Assembly (NCBI GenBank): GCA_963737265.1
Contig: CAVTRY010000006.1
Span: 64,001 to 128,000 of the forward strand
Source: an uncultured delta proteobacterium
Lineage (GTDB): Bacteria; Myxococcota_A; Polyangia; Fen-1088
Length of the DNA stretch: 64,000 nucleotides
Reading direction: 5' to 3'
Below the pieces are notes generated by a model, which worked only from the letters and a program-made list of their open reading frames with translations, made no database searches and was not told where the DNA came from. Shown here piece by piece: positions 48,536-57,957 of the stretch. Each line of letters opens with the position of its first letter. The stretch's first letter is position 1. Both the position numbers and the translations under genes were made by a program.

Positions 48536-50641
48536 ATGTCGCTCGCACCGCTTGCCTTGCTCGCCCTGACCGCCTCCGCCCCGGCAAAGGCGCGCGAACC
48601 GGCCGGCGCATTCGCCGACGCCATGGCCGCGTTCCGCGCGGGCGATTACGCGAAAGCCGCGCGCACCCTGCCAGCGCTCGGCGATGCCTTGCCTAGGAAC
48701 AGGGACTACTACCTCCATTTTCTCGGCGAAAGTCAGTTCTACGCCGGCGCCTATGCCAGGGCCGGCACCACGTTTTCCGAGCTCGGCAAATTGCGCGATT
48801 CGCGTTTTGCCGCCGGGGCGCCCTGGCGCGCGGCCGATTGTCTGTGGATGGAAGACAGGCGCGCGGAGGCGGCCGCGGCGTACGGCAAGCTCCTGGCTGG
48901 CAAGTCGGCTGGGGACACCGCGGTGGCGCGCTTCCATTTGGCCGAAGTGCAGGCCGAGGCAGCGGCTCACGCGGGCGGCAAGCGCGGCGCGATGGAAGCC
49001 GCCGCGCGCGCCTTCATGCATATTCACATCGATTTTCCCGCACATCCTCTGGGAATCGAGGCCGGCAAGCGCGCCGCCGCGCTGGCTCCCGCTGCGACCG
49101 CGGCTGAGGCGAAGACCGGGCCCGCGCCTCAAGAGCGCTTGCAGCGTGCCGCGACGCTGTCGCAGGGACACCACTGGCAAGAAGCGCTCGACGAGCTTTT
49201 GCGCCTGCCGGCTGTGCTGCCCGCGGATCTGGCGGCCCAGCGCGCCCTGGCCATGGGCATGGCCAGGTATCACGCCCGGCGCGACTATGCCGGGGCCGCC
49301 GAGTTGCTGCTGGCGGTGGCGGCCAAGCTGCCGGCGGACAAGGCAGCGTTTGCCACTTTCCACGGCGCGCGCGCCCTGTCGCGCATCGATCGCGATGACG
49401 AGGCCATCGCCAACTACCGCATGGTCGTTGCCAGGTATCCCGGTGCGAGCTGGGCCGCCGAAGCGCAATTTCGCGCCGGCTGGCTCGAAATCAACCGCGG
49501 CCATTTTCGCGAGGCCTTGCCCGATTTGCGCCAGACCCTCGCCCGCTACCCGAAAAGCGCGTTTGCCGACGATGCCGCCTGGTATCTCGCGCTCGCGTAC
49601 GACTTGCTCGGCGATTGGGCGCAGGCGCTCAAGGCCATCGCGACCTACGAGCAGGTCGCGCCGAGAAGAAACGAGGATGTGGCCATGCGCGTGCTCTACT
49701 GGCGCGCGCGCATCCTGGCGCAAGCTGGTCAGGCCGATGAAGCCAGGCACCTGCTGCGCGACTGCGCCGTTCGTGCGCCTTTTCACTACTACGCCTTGCT
49801 CGCGCGCGCGCGCCTTCGCGAGTTGGGCGAATCGATCCCCCTGCCGCCGATTCCCGGTCAGGCTGCCGAGCCCGCGCCCCTGCGCGATCCTGTGGTCTTG
49901 CGTGCCCTGGAGCTCGACCGGGCGGGCCTGACAGTTGAGGCCGGGAGCGAGCTTGCGCGCGGCGAAGCGGGCATCGTCAAACGGAACGGCAAGGCGCGCG
50001 CCCTGCCCTACCTGCTTGCCGCTTACCCGCGCTTGGCAGCCTTTCACCGCGCCTACAAGCTCGCCGAAGCCAACGGCGACGCCGGGCTGGGCGCGGATGC
50101 GCGCTGGTTCTGGAAAGCCGACTATCCTCGCGCTTATGCCGACGCTGTCGAGACTTACGGTCGGGCCGCGGGGAATCCTGACCTCTTCGTCTACTCCATC
50201 ATGCGCAAGGAATCGGGCTACTTTCCCTTCGCGGTTTCCTCGTCCGATGCTCGTGGACTCTTGCAGCTCATCCCATCCACCGGCGAGTCGGTCGCCCACA
50301 AGCTCGGACTTGCATCGTATTCCGACGAGCTGTTCGATCCCGATACCAACATCCACCTCGGCGCGACCTACCTCGGCGATCTTCTGCGCCGCTTTAGCGG
50401 CCAGGAGGCCTTGGCGGCAGGCGCTTACAACGCCGGCGCGCGCGCCATGATCCGCTGGTGCGACCAGTGGGGCGGGCGGCCGCTCGACGAGTTCGTCGAG
50501 CTTGTCACCTACGATCAGGCCCGCGAATACATCAAACGCGTGCTCGGCATCTATGCACGCTACCGCCAAATCTACGGCCAGCCGTTCGAGCTGTCTCTAA
50601 CCGTGAACCCGCAGTATCTGAAAGACGGCCCGGACTTTTAA
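48536..50641 (+). CDS. Soluble lytic transglycosylase with TPR repeats
   Basis: TPR array; IMRKES, ARGLLQL, AYNAG and EYIKRV. Confidence 0.9.
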   Translation: MSLAPLALLALTASAPAKAREPAGAFADAMAAFRAGDYAKAARTLPALGDALPRNRDYYLHFLGESQFYAGAYARAGTTFSELGKLRDSRFAAGAPWRAADCLWMEDRRAEAAAAYGKLLAGKSAGDTAVARFHLAEVQAEAAAHAGGKRGAMEAAARAFMHIHIDFPAHPLGIEAGKRAAALAPAATAAEAKTGPAPQERLQRAATLSQGHHWQEALDELLRLPAVLPADLAAQRALAMGMARYHARRDYAGAAELLLAVAAKLPADKAAFATFHGARALSRIDRDDEAIANYRMVVARYPGASWAAEAQFRAGWLEINRGHFREALPDLRQTLARYPKSAFADDAAWYLALAYDLLGDWAQALKAIATYEQVAPRRNEDVAMRVLYWRARILAQAGQADEARHLLRDCAVRAPFHYYALLARARLRELGESIPLPPIPGQAAEPAPLRDPVVLRALELDRAGLTVEAGSELARGEAGIVKRNGKARALPYLLAAYPRLAAFHRAYKLAEANGDAGLGADARWFWKADYPRAYADAVETYGRAAGNPDLFVYSIMRKESGYFPFAVSSSDARGLLQLIPSTGESVAHKLGLASYSDELFDPDTNIHLGATYLGDLLRRFSGQEALAAGAYNAGARAMIRWCDQWGGRPLDEFVELVTYDQAREYIKRVLGIYARYRQIYGQPFELSLTVNPQYLKDGPDF

Positions 50642-50644
50642 GAA

Positions 50645-50700
50645 GAAGGGTCCGGAGCTTTCGCGCCGAACCCTTCCTCTGTTTTCTCTCTGTTTTCTTT
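50645..50700 (+). terminator. Probable intrinsic terminator between the convergent slt-like and ompA-like genes
   Basis: Imperfect stem gaagggtccgg / ccgaacccttc followed by a T-rich tract. Confidence 0.6.
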
Positions 50701-50733
50701 CGTCACCGCACCGGGCGGCGCGATCCCATTGAC

Positions 50734-52110
50734 CTACTTCGGGGCACCGACTAGCTGGAACTCGGTGCGGCGGTTCTTGGCCTTGTCGGCGGCCGTCTTG
50801 TTCGACGTGATGGGCTTGTCCATACCGTACCCGACCGCGGTCAGGCGATCGGAGTTGATGCCCTTCCTGACAAAGTAGGCCTTCACCGACTCGGCCCGTT
50901 TCCGCGACAATTCCAGGTTGAACTCGGCCTTGCCCACGTTGTCGGTGTGCCCGCTGATTTCGAGCTTGATGTCCGGGTAGTCGTTGAGCACCTTCACGCC
51001 CTTGTCGAGCAACGAGTGCGAGTCCTTGGTGATCTCGGCCGACTTGGTCTTGAAGTTGATGCCTTGAATGACACCGGTGAACTTTTTGACGGCGGCGGGA
51101 ACCTCGTCGGGGCAGCCGTCTTCGTCCTGGTAGCCGTTGAAGGTTTCAGGCTCGTTGGGGCACTTGTCGAGCTTGTCGGGAATGCCGTCGTTGTCGTTGT
51201 CCGGATCCGGGCAGCCGTCCTCATCCTGGAAGCCGTCGAAGTCTTCGGGCTCGTTGGGGCACTTGTCGAGCTTGTCGGGAATGCCGTCGCCGTCGTTGTC
51301 CGGATCCGGGCACCCGTCGTCGTCCTGGAAGCCGTCGAAATCCTCAGGCTCGCTCGGGCACTTGTCGGCATCACCCAGAATGCCGTCGTGATCTGGATCG
51401 AGATTCACCTTGGCAGCCGGCGGCGGCGCGGGCGGGGGTGGCTCGGGCGGCGGGCTTCCGAACAAACCGAGGTAGGCCGTCAGCAGGATTTCCCAGTCTG
51501 GACCATCGTAGTGGGTTTCGTTGCCGACCTTGGCGATGCCGGAAGCAATCGCGGGCGGCGCCATCACGCGTCCGTCGAGGCGCAGGCCGAACCTATCGGT
51601 GATGGGGAATTTGGCGCCCACGCCGATATGGAAGAAGTCGTCGGTGTCGCGCGGGACGATATCGGTGTTGCCGGGAAACGAGCTGAGCGCGCCCCAGCCG
51701 ACGAGCACGAATGGCCGCACGTAACCCGTGTGAATGAAGGTGCCGATGATTTGGGCGCGGTAGCCGAGGATGATCTCGCGCGTGCTGTTGTCACGCGTGC
51801 GAGTCGGTGAAATCAGGGCTTCGCCTTCGGCCCCTATCCACTGGTTTAGGTTGTAGCTCAGGCGAAAACCGAAGGCGCCGCCGGTGTCGGGCGAAATCCC
51901 CGTGGGACTATCCGAGAAGCGGCCGAGGCCGCTCTTCTTGTTGTAGAAGTGAACGCCGCCGAAAACGCCGATTTCGAGCGGATTGACTTGTGCGCTGGGC
52001 GCCTCGCCCTCCGAAGCATGGGCGGCATTTGCGCCCGATAAACCTACGAGCGTAACCGCCAAGAGCGTGGTCAGGCGTCGTGCCACCACGAAACGTCGGG
52101 TTCTCCTCAT
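50734..52110 (-). CDS. OmpA-family protein: beta-barrel, TSP type-3 repeats and OmpA C-terminal domain
   Basis: DKCPNEPEDFDGFQDEDGCPD repeats with a 99-bp period; ISGHTD, LSRKRA and NRRTEF; aggag RBS. Confidence 0.92.
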   Translation of the reverse strand: MRRTRRFVVARRLTTLLAVTLVGLSGANAAHASEGEAPSAQVNPLEIGVFGGVHFYNKKSGLGRFSDSPTGISPDTGGAFGFRLSYNLNQWIGAEGEALISPTRTRDNSTREIILGYRAQIIGTFIHTGYVRPFVLVGWGALSSFPGNTDIVPRDTDDFFHIGVGAKFPITDRFGLRLDGRVMAPPAIASGIAKVGNETHYDGPDWEILLTAYLGLFGSPPPEPPPPAPPPAAKVNLDPDHDGILGDADKCPSEPEDFDGFQDDDGCPDPDNDGDGIPDKLDKCPNEPEDFDGFQDEDGCPDPDNDNDGIPDKLDKCPNEPETFNGYQDEDGCPDEVPAAVKKFTGVIQGINFKTKSAEITKDSHSLLDKGVKVLNDYPDIKLEISGHTDNVGKAEFNLELSRKRAESVKAYFVRKGINSDRLTAVGYGMDKPITSNKTAADKAKNRRTEFQLVGAPK

Positions 52111-52225
52111 GTGCTCTCCTTGTGGTTGTGGACAGGCAACACATAGCACAATAAACGTCCTCGCGGACATGGAGCACGAATTCCATCAGGCGAAGGCCCG
52201 AGGCCGAGCGAGGGTTAATCCGAGG

Positions 52226-52759
52226 TCAACCGGTCGCCGTGGCGCCGGCCTGCTTCTGGCGCAGCGACGATCGAATCTCGGTGGCCACGACATCGCAAAC
52301 CACGGTCTCGATTTTCTCGCGTGCGTCCGCGGGCAATCCTTCGAAGGCGACGCCCATGAGAATGCTTCCCTGCTTGGATATGATCTTGACCACCTGGCAG
52401 CGCCCCACGATGACGGCGCCGCCACCAATTTTGAGGCGCATCCACACCACGGTCCCGGTCGGGGGCGACTCCGCAACCAGCGCGGAAAGCCCACTGGTGC
52501 TGATATCATGGGTGATGGAAGACACGGCGCCGGCGGGAAAGCCGAACTCGATCTGGTAGGCCCGTGCGACGCGCAGAGCACCGCGCGCGGCAGCACCAGG
52601 TTCGATGGCCAGGCGCTGGGACATGAGCAGAACGGAGCACAGGTCATGCCTCGCTTGCATGTAGGGTTCGGTCGACTCCGCAGCGAGGGTTCCCTTCTTG
52701 AAGCCGTCGTGCCACTCGCAGAACTGTGCCAGCCATTCGTTGAGATTTGTCGCCACCAT
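52226..52759 (-). CDS. PilZ-domain protein
   Basis: RGALR (RxxxR), DISTSG and GVAF. Confidence 0.8.
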   Translation of the reverse strand: MVATNLNEWLAQFCEWHDGFKKGTLAAESTEPYMQARHDLCSVLLMSQRLAIEPGAAARGALRVARAYQIEFGFPAGAVSSITHDISTSGLSALVAESPPTGTVVWMRLKIGGGAVIVGRCQVVKIISKQGSILMGVAFEGLPADAREKIETVVCDVVATEIRSSLRQKQAGATATG

Positions 52760-52855
52760 TTGCGCTTTTCCTGGTTAAGGTGCGTCCACTTGCAGTGGTT
52801 AGATCGGTCGGCAGATGTGCCGCAGTTCTTTACCTCTACAATGTAGAGTTGTCCC

Positions 52856-53641
52856 ATGGATCTCAAAGAGCTACCATCCCACGCCTTTGCGCGTCACCCG
52901 TGGGAGGTCGTTCGCGCGGATTTCTTCCTGCGCATTCTTCGCGATCGCGTAATGGGAAACGATCTTGCCGCGCTGGATCTCGGGGCCGGCGACGCCTTTT
53001 TCGCCCGGCGTCTGGCGAGCGCGTTGCCGTCGCTATCCCGCATGACCTGCTTCGATCTTGCCTACGACACGCGCTGGCTGACCGACCGAGTAGTCTCGGA
53101 AAACGCGGCCGACAAGCCGATCCGGTTTACCTCCACCAAGCCCGACGAACGATTCGATCTGGTGCTCATGCTCGATGTCTTGGAGCATACCGCCGACGAC
53201 CGGGCCACCCTGCGCGAGGTGACTTCGTCCCTGCTCAAGCCCGGTGGTTGGCTGTTGCTCAGCGTTCCGGCCTGGCCGGTGCTCTTTTCACGCCACGATG
53301 AAGTCCTCGGCCATCATCGTCGCTACTCGCCGGTGCAGCTGCGCGCCCTGGTTGCCGAGGCGAACTTCATCGAGGTGGCCCACGGCGAGTTGTTTGCCAG
53401 TCTGATTCTTCCGCGCGCCTTTGCCAAGCTCGGTGACCTTGCCTTGGGTGGCGGCGGACCTGCGCACGCGACGGCGCAAGCGCCAGCGGATACTTCGCTC
53501 GGAGCATGGAAACAGGGCACGCTCATCACCGCAGCGGCAACAGCCGCGCTGGCCCTGGATGCGACGTGCTGCCGGATCGCCGCACGGTTGCGCCTTCCCT
53601 TCGTGGGACTCTCCACCTGGGTGCTGGCTAAAACGCCATGA
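52856..53641 (+). CDS. Class I SAM-dependent methyltransferase
   Basis: RHPWE, LDLGAGD, LDVLEH, SVPA and HDEVLGHHRRY. Confidence 0.88.
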   Translation: MDLKELPSHAFARHPWEVVRADFFLRILRDRVMGNDLAALDLGAGDAFFARRLASALPSLSRMTCFDLAYDTRWLTDRVVSENAADKPIRFTSTKPDERFDLVLMLDVLEHTADDRATLREVTSSLLKPGGWLLLSVPAWPVLFSRHDEVLGHHRRYSPVQLRALVAEANFIEVAHGELFASLILPRAFAKLGDLALGGGGPAHATAQAPADTSLGAWKQGTLITAAATAALALDATCCRIAARLRLPFVGLSTWVLAKTP

Positions 53642-54387
53642 CCCAAGCTTCGATCGCACTGGTCGTGCCCTGCTTCGACGAGGAAGCCCGTCTCGACCGC
53701 GCCGCATTTCTCGCCTTGGTCGATGATGCACCAGCCCTTGGTCTCGTGTTCGTCGACGACGGTTCGCGCGACCAGACTCTGGAAATCCTCCACGCGCTGG
53801 CGCGCGAGCGACCGGGACGCATCGAGGTCGTCGCCCTACCCAAGAATCAAGGCAAGGCCGAGGCGGTGCGACGCGGGCTTCTCCATGCGGTCGCAAGTCC
53901 GGTTGCCATCGCCGGCTTCATCGACGCCGATTCTTCGACCCCTCCGGCCGAGATCCTGCGCCTCACCGAGCTCGCCCGCAGCGGGCCGCATGACATCGTA
54001 ATGGGCTCGCGCGTTCAGCTTCTCGGCCGGGCCATCAACCGCAAATCCGCGCGCCACTATCTCGGTCGTATTTTCGCCACCTGCGCCAGCCTCAGCCTCG
54101 GTCTGTCCGTCTACGACACCCAATGCGGCGCCAAGCTTTTCCGTCGCACCGATGCGCTCGCGGCAGCGCTCGCCGAGCCATTTTCGTCGCGCTGGGCGTT
54201 CGACGTCGAGCTGCTGGCGCGCCTGATTCGCCCGCGTGCAGGCGTCCCCGCGATTCCCGTGGCCAGCATCTGGGAAGAGCCCTTGCTGACCTGGACCGAC
54301 GTTCCCGGCTCCAAGATGCGTCTGGCAAGCGCACTGTGGACCGGGCTAGAGCTCGTGCGCATCGGCTGGAAGCTGCGTCGCCGCTAG
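53638..54387 (+). CDS. GT2 polyprenyl-phosphate sugar synthase (Dol-P-Glc/Man synthase-like)
   Basis: VVPCFDE, VDDGS, GKAEAV, DAD, DTQCGAKLF and FDVELL; start overlaps the upstream stop (ATGA). Confidence 0.88.
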   Translation: MTQASIALVVPCFDEEARLDRAAFLALVDDAPALGLVFVDDGSRDQTLEILHALARERPGRIEVVALPKNQGKAEAVRRGLLHAVASPVAIAGFIDADSSTPPAEILRLTELARSGPHDIVMGSRVQLLGRAINRKSARHYLGRIFATCASLSLGLSVYDTQCGAKLFRRTDALAAALAEPFSSRWAFDVELLARLIRPRAGVPAIPVASIWEEPLLTWTDVPGSKMRLASALWTGLELVRIGWKLRRR

Positions 54388-54553
54388 TTCCGCCCGTTAG
54401 ATCGCGCCTGCTGTGCAGCGAATCCGAGGCGACGCCGCAAGAGCCGGGCGCCCGGCTGCGCAAGGTTGTCGACAGCGGCGACCAAGTGATGGAGCGCCGA
54501 CGCAAGGCCGCAGTGCGCGCGGCGATCATCGGGTGCGCTCGATTGTGACGCTC

Positions 54554-55070
54554 ATGGACGACATCAATAGCGCGCGGCAATCCCTCTTTGGGACTCGATA
54601 AGAAGGAAGCGGTCAAAGCTGCCAACCACTACGAAGTGTGGAAGAGCGCGATGGATCTATTGAAGGGTCAGTTCAGGCAGACAGCAGAGATGCTTACTGC
54701 ATCGGCTGCAATGAGTAATGTCTATCTCAAGGACTTCGGTACGCTCGAATTGGAGAAATACCTCTCCCTGAAGAAGGAGGGATCTGCAAAGCGCACCTGG
54801 TTCTTCAGGCTCGACATTCGCAGCGGCGAACAGACTGCGCGATACCTCTGCTTCTTTGGCTTCGGAAGCCAACGAATGAGCACAGACCCGCAGATCGATG
54901 TTACTCTTCATGTCGCTCGTGAGGATCCTCCAGGTTCTTTCCAATATACGAGGTGCAACGATGCTCCCAGCTCGAAGGATCCCGACATTGTGGAAATTGG
55001 TTACAGCTCGAAAAGGGAGGCGTTTCTGGTCCGGGAATTGTGGAGCGCAATTTCGGCGGCTAAGGGCTAA
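54554..55070 (+). pseudogene. Lower-GC gene remnant, possibly the C-terminal part of a Fic-family protein
   Basis: MDDINSARQSL joins LGLDKKE... through a one-base shift near 54588; YEVWKSAMDLLK and SAKRTWFFR. The family assignment is from memory only. Confidence 0.4.
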
Positions 55071-55114
55071 AGCCGTTGCAGCTCTCGTAGCTGAACGGCA
55101 AACCGTTCGCCGGG

Positions 55115-55212
55115 CCCTCAGTGAACGGTACGCGTGTCGAGCCTGGTTCTGAACTTCCCCCGGGCAGTTGGCGAAACGGCTCCCAGAACCGAGCGTTTGG
55201 CCGGGACTTCAC
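55115..55212 (-). pseudogene. Truncated, frameshifted RelE/ParE-like toxin remnant
   Basis: GTG overlaps the antitoxin stop; reads MKSRPNARFWEPFRQLPG, shifts frame, then EVQNQARHAYR. Confidence 0.55.
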
Positions 55213-55426
55213 ATCTTGTCGGGATCGAGGGTGCTCGTTCGACCGGCGGCCTCATCGGCCACGGCCCCGTCGGCCAATGCGTTCAGGACTTCTTGGAGCC
55301 GGCGAATCGGCGCGTCCATTCTCCTTCGGATGCGAGCTCGGACTGCAGCCATCCCGCGATCCGATCCTGCTCGTCTGCAGGAAGGGACGATATCCTGGAG
55401 AAGACGCTTTCGAGAGCCCGAGTCAT
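55209..55426 (-). pseudogene. Small antitoxin-like gene with a frameshift
   Basis: MTRALESVFSRISSLPADEQDRIAGWLQSELASEGEWTRRFAGS, a one-base shift, then QEVLNALADGAVADEAAGRTSTLDPDKM*. Confidence 0.65.
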
Positions 55427-55785
55427 GCGCCAAGCATACTGCCCAGGGGGTTGCCCAACAACTGGGCGCTCGCAAGCAGCTCAAGCAAAAGGAACAGGGA
55501 CTGATCGGGCTTCTGTGGGCTCACGAGATCCGTTCCGCGGTGAGGAAGATGCCACCCTCGCGCAACGTCCGTTGATCGCCGCCCGCGCGTGTGCAGGCGC
55601 CCTGCCCACCCCTCGGGCTTCGCCCGCAAGCAGGTCCCGAAGCTCCCGAAGGGGAGGTCGGATGGTGAGCGCCAACAGTCCACTCGAAATCCGCTCCTGA
55701 AATCCGGAAGACGGTCGACTTTTGCGCCAAGACGTCCGACAATGCAGCCTGCTTCGCTGTGATGGCTTTCACGAAAGAGACCACG

Positions 55786-55896
55786 ATGAAAAAGACGGAA
55801 AAGACCGCCAACCCCGCCCCCTTCGGACTCGTGGGTTTCGGGATGACGACCGTTCTGCTCAACATCCACAACGCGGGCTTTTTCCGAGCACGGTGA
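55786..55896 (+). pseudogene. satP: N-terminal remnant of the acetate/succinate channel SatP (YaaH/GPR1/FUN34 family)
   Basis: [33 protein letters not shown] then a stop; this matches the NPAPLGLxGFGMTT signature. Confidence 0.8.
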
Positions 55897-55921
55897 GTGG
55901 TTGCCCGGAGCGGAATCCATC

Positions 55922-56263
55922 ATGGCAATCAGAAAGCGGACCAGGTCGCTCGCTCTCGTTCTGCTGGGCGCGCTCGCTTTCGCCTCTGCGTCGGTGTTGG
56001 CCGTGCCGGCTGAGGTGCGCGTTCCCATCGTCAAGGAGCATGGCAGGGCCGATCCGCCCAGCCCCGGTGTTTTTTCGCACTGGCAACACGATCAATACAT
56101 TTGTGTCACCTGTCACCCGGCGCTGTTTCCCCGCGCACGCGTGGGATTCACCCACGATCAGATGGACGAGGGTAGGTTCTGCGGCGCTTGTCACGACGGC
56201 CGGACGGCTCCCCCGACCAGTGGCGCGCGCGCAACCTGCAAATCCTCGTGTCACGCTCAATGA
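55922..56263 (+). CDS. Periplasmic c7-type small multiheme cytochrome
   Basis: Signal peptide; FSHWQH, CVTCH, THDQM, CGACH and CKSSCH. Confidence 0.85.
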   Translation: MAIRKRTRSLALVLLGALAFASASVLAVPAEVRVPIVKEHGRADPPSPGVFSHWQHDQYICVTCHPALFPRARVGFTHDQMDEGRFCGACHDGRTAPPTSGARATCKSSCHAQ

Positions 56264-57468
56264 GGAAAGTCGTCAGTCGCATGCTTGCCATCTTTGTCGT
56301 GACCGCGGTCGTGACCGTGGCCGCGACGTCGCCCTTGGCCGCGTCCGAAGAGGGCGGCACCGAAGTCGGTCCGGCGGAAGGTCAGGCCGCCAGCCCGACC
56401 GAGCCGACACCCGCGCCGGCCAAGCCGCCGGCGAAGGATGATGCCGAGGAGCATGGGGGCCAGGCGTTGGCACTGCCAGGCGGCGTCCGCCTCGGCGGCA
56501 TGTTCGACGCCGCCTACGAGCGCGCGGGTAGATCGGCCGACTTCGGCAGCGGGCAGAACGAGTTCCACAGCTATCACCATTTCTTGTTTCTATCCCGCCA
56601 GGGCGATGATGTGCCCGTGGGGTTCAACGCAGAAGTGCTGGGCCTTTACTTCTACGAACTCACTGCGCGCCTTTCGGACAAGGGATCGCCCGTGCGCGTG
56701 TCCGCCCACGCGGGAAAGATCCTGGTGCCCTTCGGGCCGGATCCGCTGTTTCACAAAAACTACGGCGGGCTAAGCGGCGTCGACCAGAGGACGCTGCCCG
56801 TGGTCTGGTCGGCCATCGGCGGTGGCGTCCGCTTCGCCCTGGTGTCGCGGGGGCTGTCCGCCTCCGACGAGGTTTACAGCGTGCAAGGGTTCGACCTCCC
56901 AGCGCGCGACCAGACGCTCGACATGCAACGCGACCTGGTTGCTTACGACGGTGCGCGCGTGGCGCTGGGCAACCGGCTGGCGCTCTCGAGCGGTCCCTTC
57001 ACGCTGTGGTACTCGTTCTATTGGAACCCGATGCGTTTTGGCCGCCAGCTCATCATGCAGGCCGTGGATATGACGGTGTGGCGGCCCGACTGGCCGCTTC
57101 TGAACCATCTGGCATTGGGCGTTGGCGCCGTACGCGCGTTCGTTTCTGCCGACGAGAGCTACGGCCGGCCGAACGCCGTGCCGGATGCTGGTTCGTATTT
57201 CCACTTCGCCGACTACGTCTGGTTGCGTGCCTATCTGGGCCAATGGATCTACCTGCAGGCGCGCAGTGGTCTGGCGACCTTCGACAACCGGGCCGGGCTC
57301 TTTTACGACGCAAGCCGGGCCACTGCGGACGATGGCTCGCACCACAACGTGGCGTTGGTGGTCGAATACGCGGGCGCGCAAGCCAGTCTGGCCTATTTCT
57401 GGAACTTCGAGAAAGTCGACGAACGACCGGACGATCTTCTGCGGCTGACGGTGACCTATGCGTTCTAG
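56260..57468 (+). CDS. Putative outer-membrane beta-barrel (porin-like)
   Basis: Signal peptide, GKILVPFG, aromatic amphipathic strands and C-terminal LTVTYAF; start overlaps the upstream stop (ATGA). Confidence 0.75.
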   Translation: MRKVVSRMLAIFVVTAVVTVAATSPLAASEEGGTEVGPAEGQAASPTEPTPAPAKPPAKDDAEEHGGQALALPGGVRLGGMFDAAYERAGRSADFGSGQNEFHSYHHFLFLSRQGDDVPVGFNAEVLGLYFYELTARLSDKGSPVRVSAHAGKILVPFGPDPLFHKNYGGLSGVDQRTLPVVWSAIGGGVRFALVSRGLSASDEVYSVQGFDLPARDQTLDMQRDLVAYDGARVALGNRLALSSGPFTLWYSFYWNPMRFGRQLIMQAVDMTVWRPDWPLLNHLALGVGAVRAFVSADESYGRPNAVPDAGSYFHFADYVWLRAYLGQWIYLQARSGLATFDNRAGLFYDASRATADDGSHHNVALVVEYAGAQASLAYFWNFEKVDERPDDLLRLTVTYAF

Positions 57469-57844
57469 GTTGCTCTTGGCATCAGCGGTCGCCGCCTTGG
57501 TCAGCTGCGCCGATTTTCGGCGCGGGCCCGCGCCTCGCGACGGGAGCGCGGATGGCTCCGAGGTCGTGGATGTCGCGTTCGAAGGGTCGGTGTATCCCAT
57601 TCTCGACCTCGAGTGCGTCGAGTGCCATTCGGCCAGCGGCCAAGCCTCCAACACCAACTTCGTGCTCACCGGCAACGCCCGCCTCGATCGCGCCATGGTC
57701 GTGGCCCTGGTGACGCCAGGCAATCCCAGCGAGAGTAGGTTGCTGGTTCAGGCCACCAGCGACAGTCATGGTGGCGGGCAACGGTTTGCCACGGACAGTT
57801 CGGAGTACCAGACTATCTCCGCTTGGATACTCGGTCTTCCGTGA
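57458..57844 (+). CDS. Monoheme c-type cytochrome-like lipoprotein
   Basis: Lipobox LVSC, VYPILDLECVECH, HGGG and ISAWI. Confidence 0.75.
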   Translation: MRSRLLLASAVAALVSCADFRRGPAPRDGSADGSEVVDVAFEGSVYPILDLECVECHSASGQASNTNFVLTGNARLDRAMVVALVTPGNPSESRLLVQATSDSHGGGQRFATDSSEYQTISAWILGLP

Positions 57845-57957
57845 ACCTGGGCGGATGCGCGGCGGCCGCATCGCCTCGCCCCGTCCCATCGGCTGGAAAC
57901 TGCGTCGCCGCTAGCTCCTAGTCGCCGGGCGAGATTCTGATATGGTTGGACGTTCCA

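Noticed and set aside
51120-51400. Near-identical direct repeats with a 99-bp period
   Set aside because: These are coding TSP type-3 repeats of the OmpA protein, not a CRISPR array; there are no unique spacers.
50734-52110. Possible TraB of the myxobacterial TraAB outer-membrane exchange system
   Set aside because: The architecture is similar but no traA-like gene is adjacent, and OmpA-TSP3 proteins are common.
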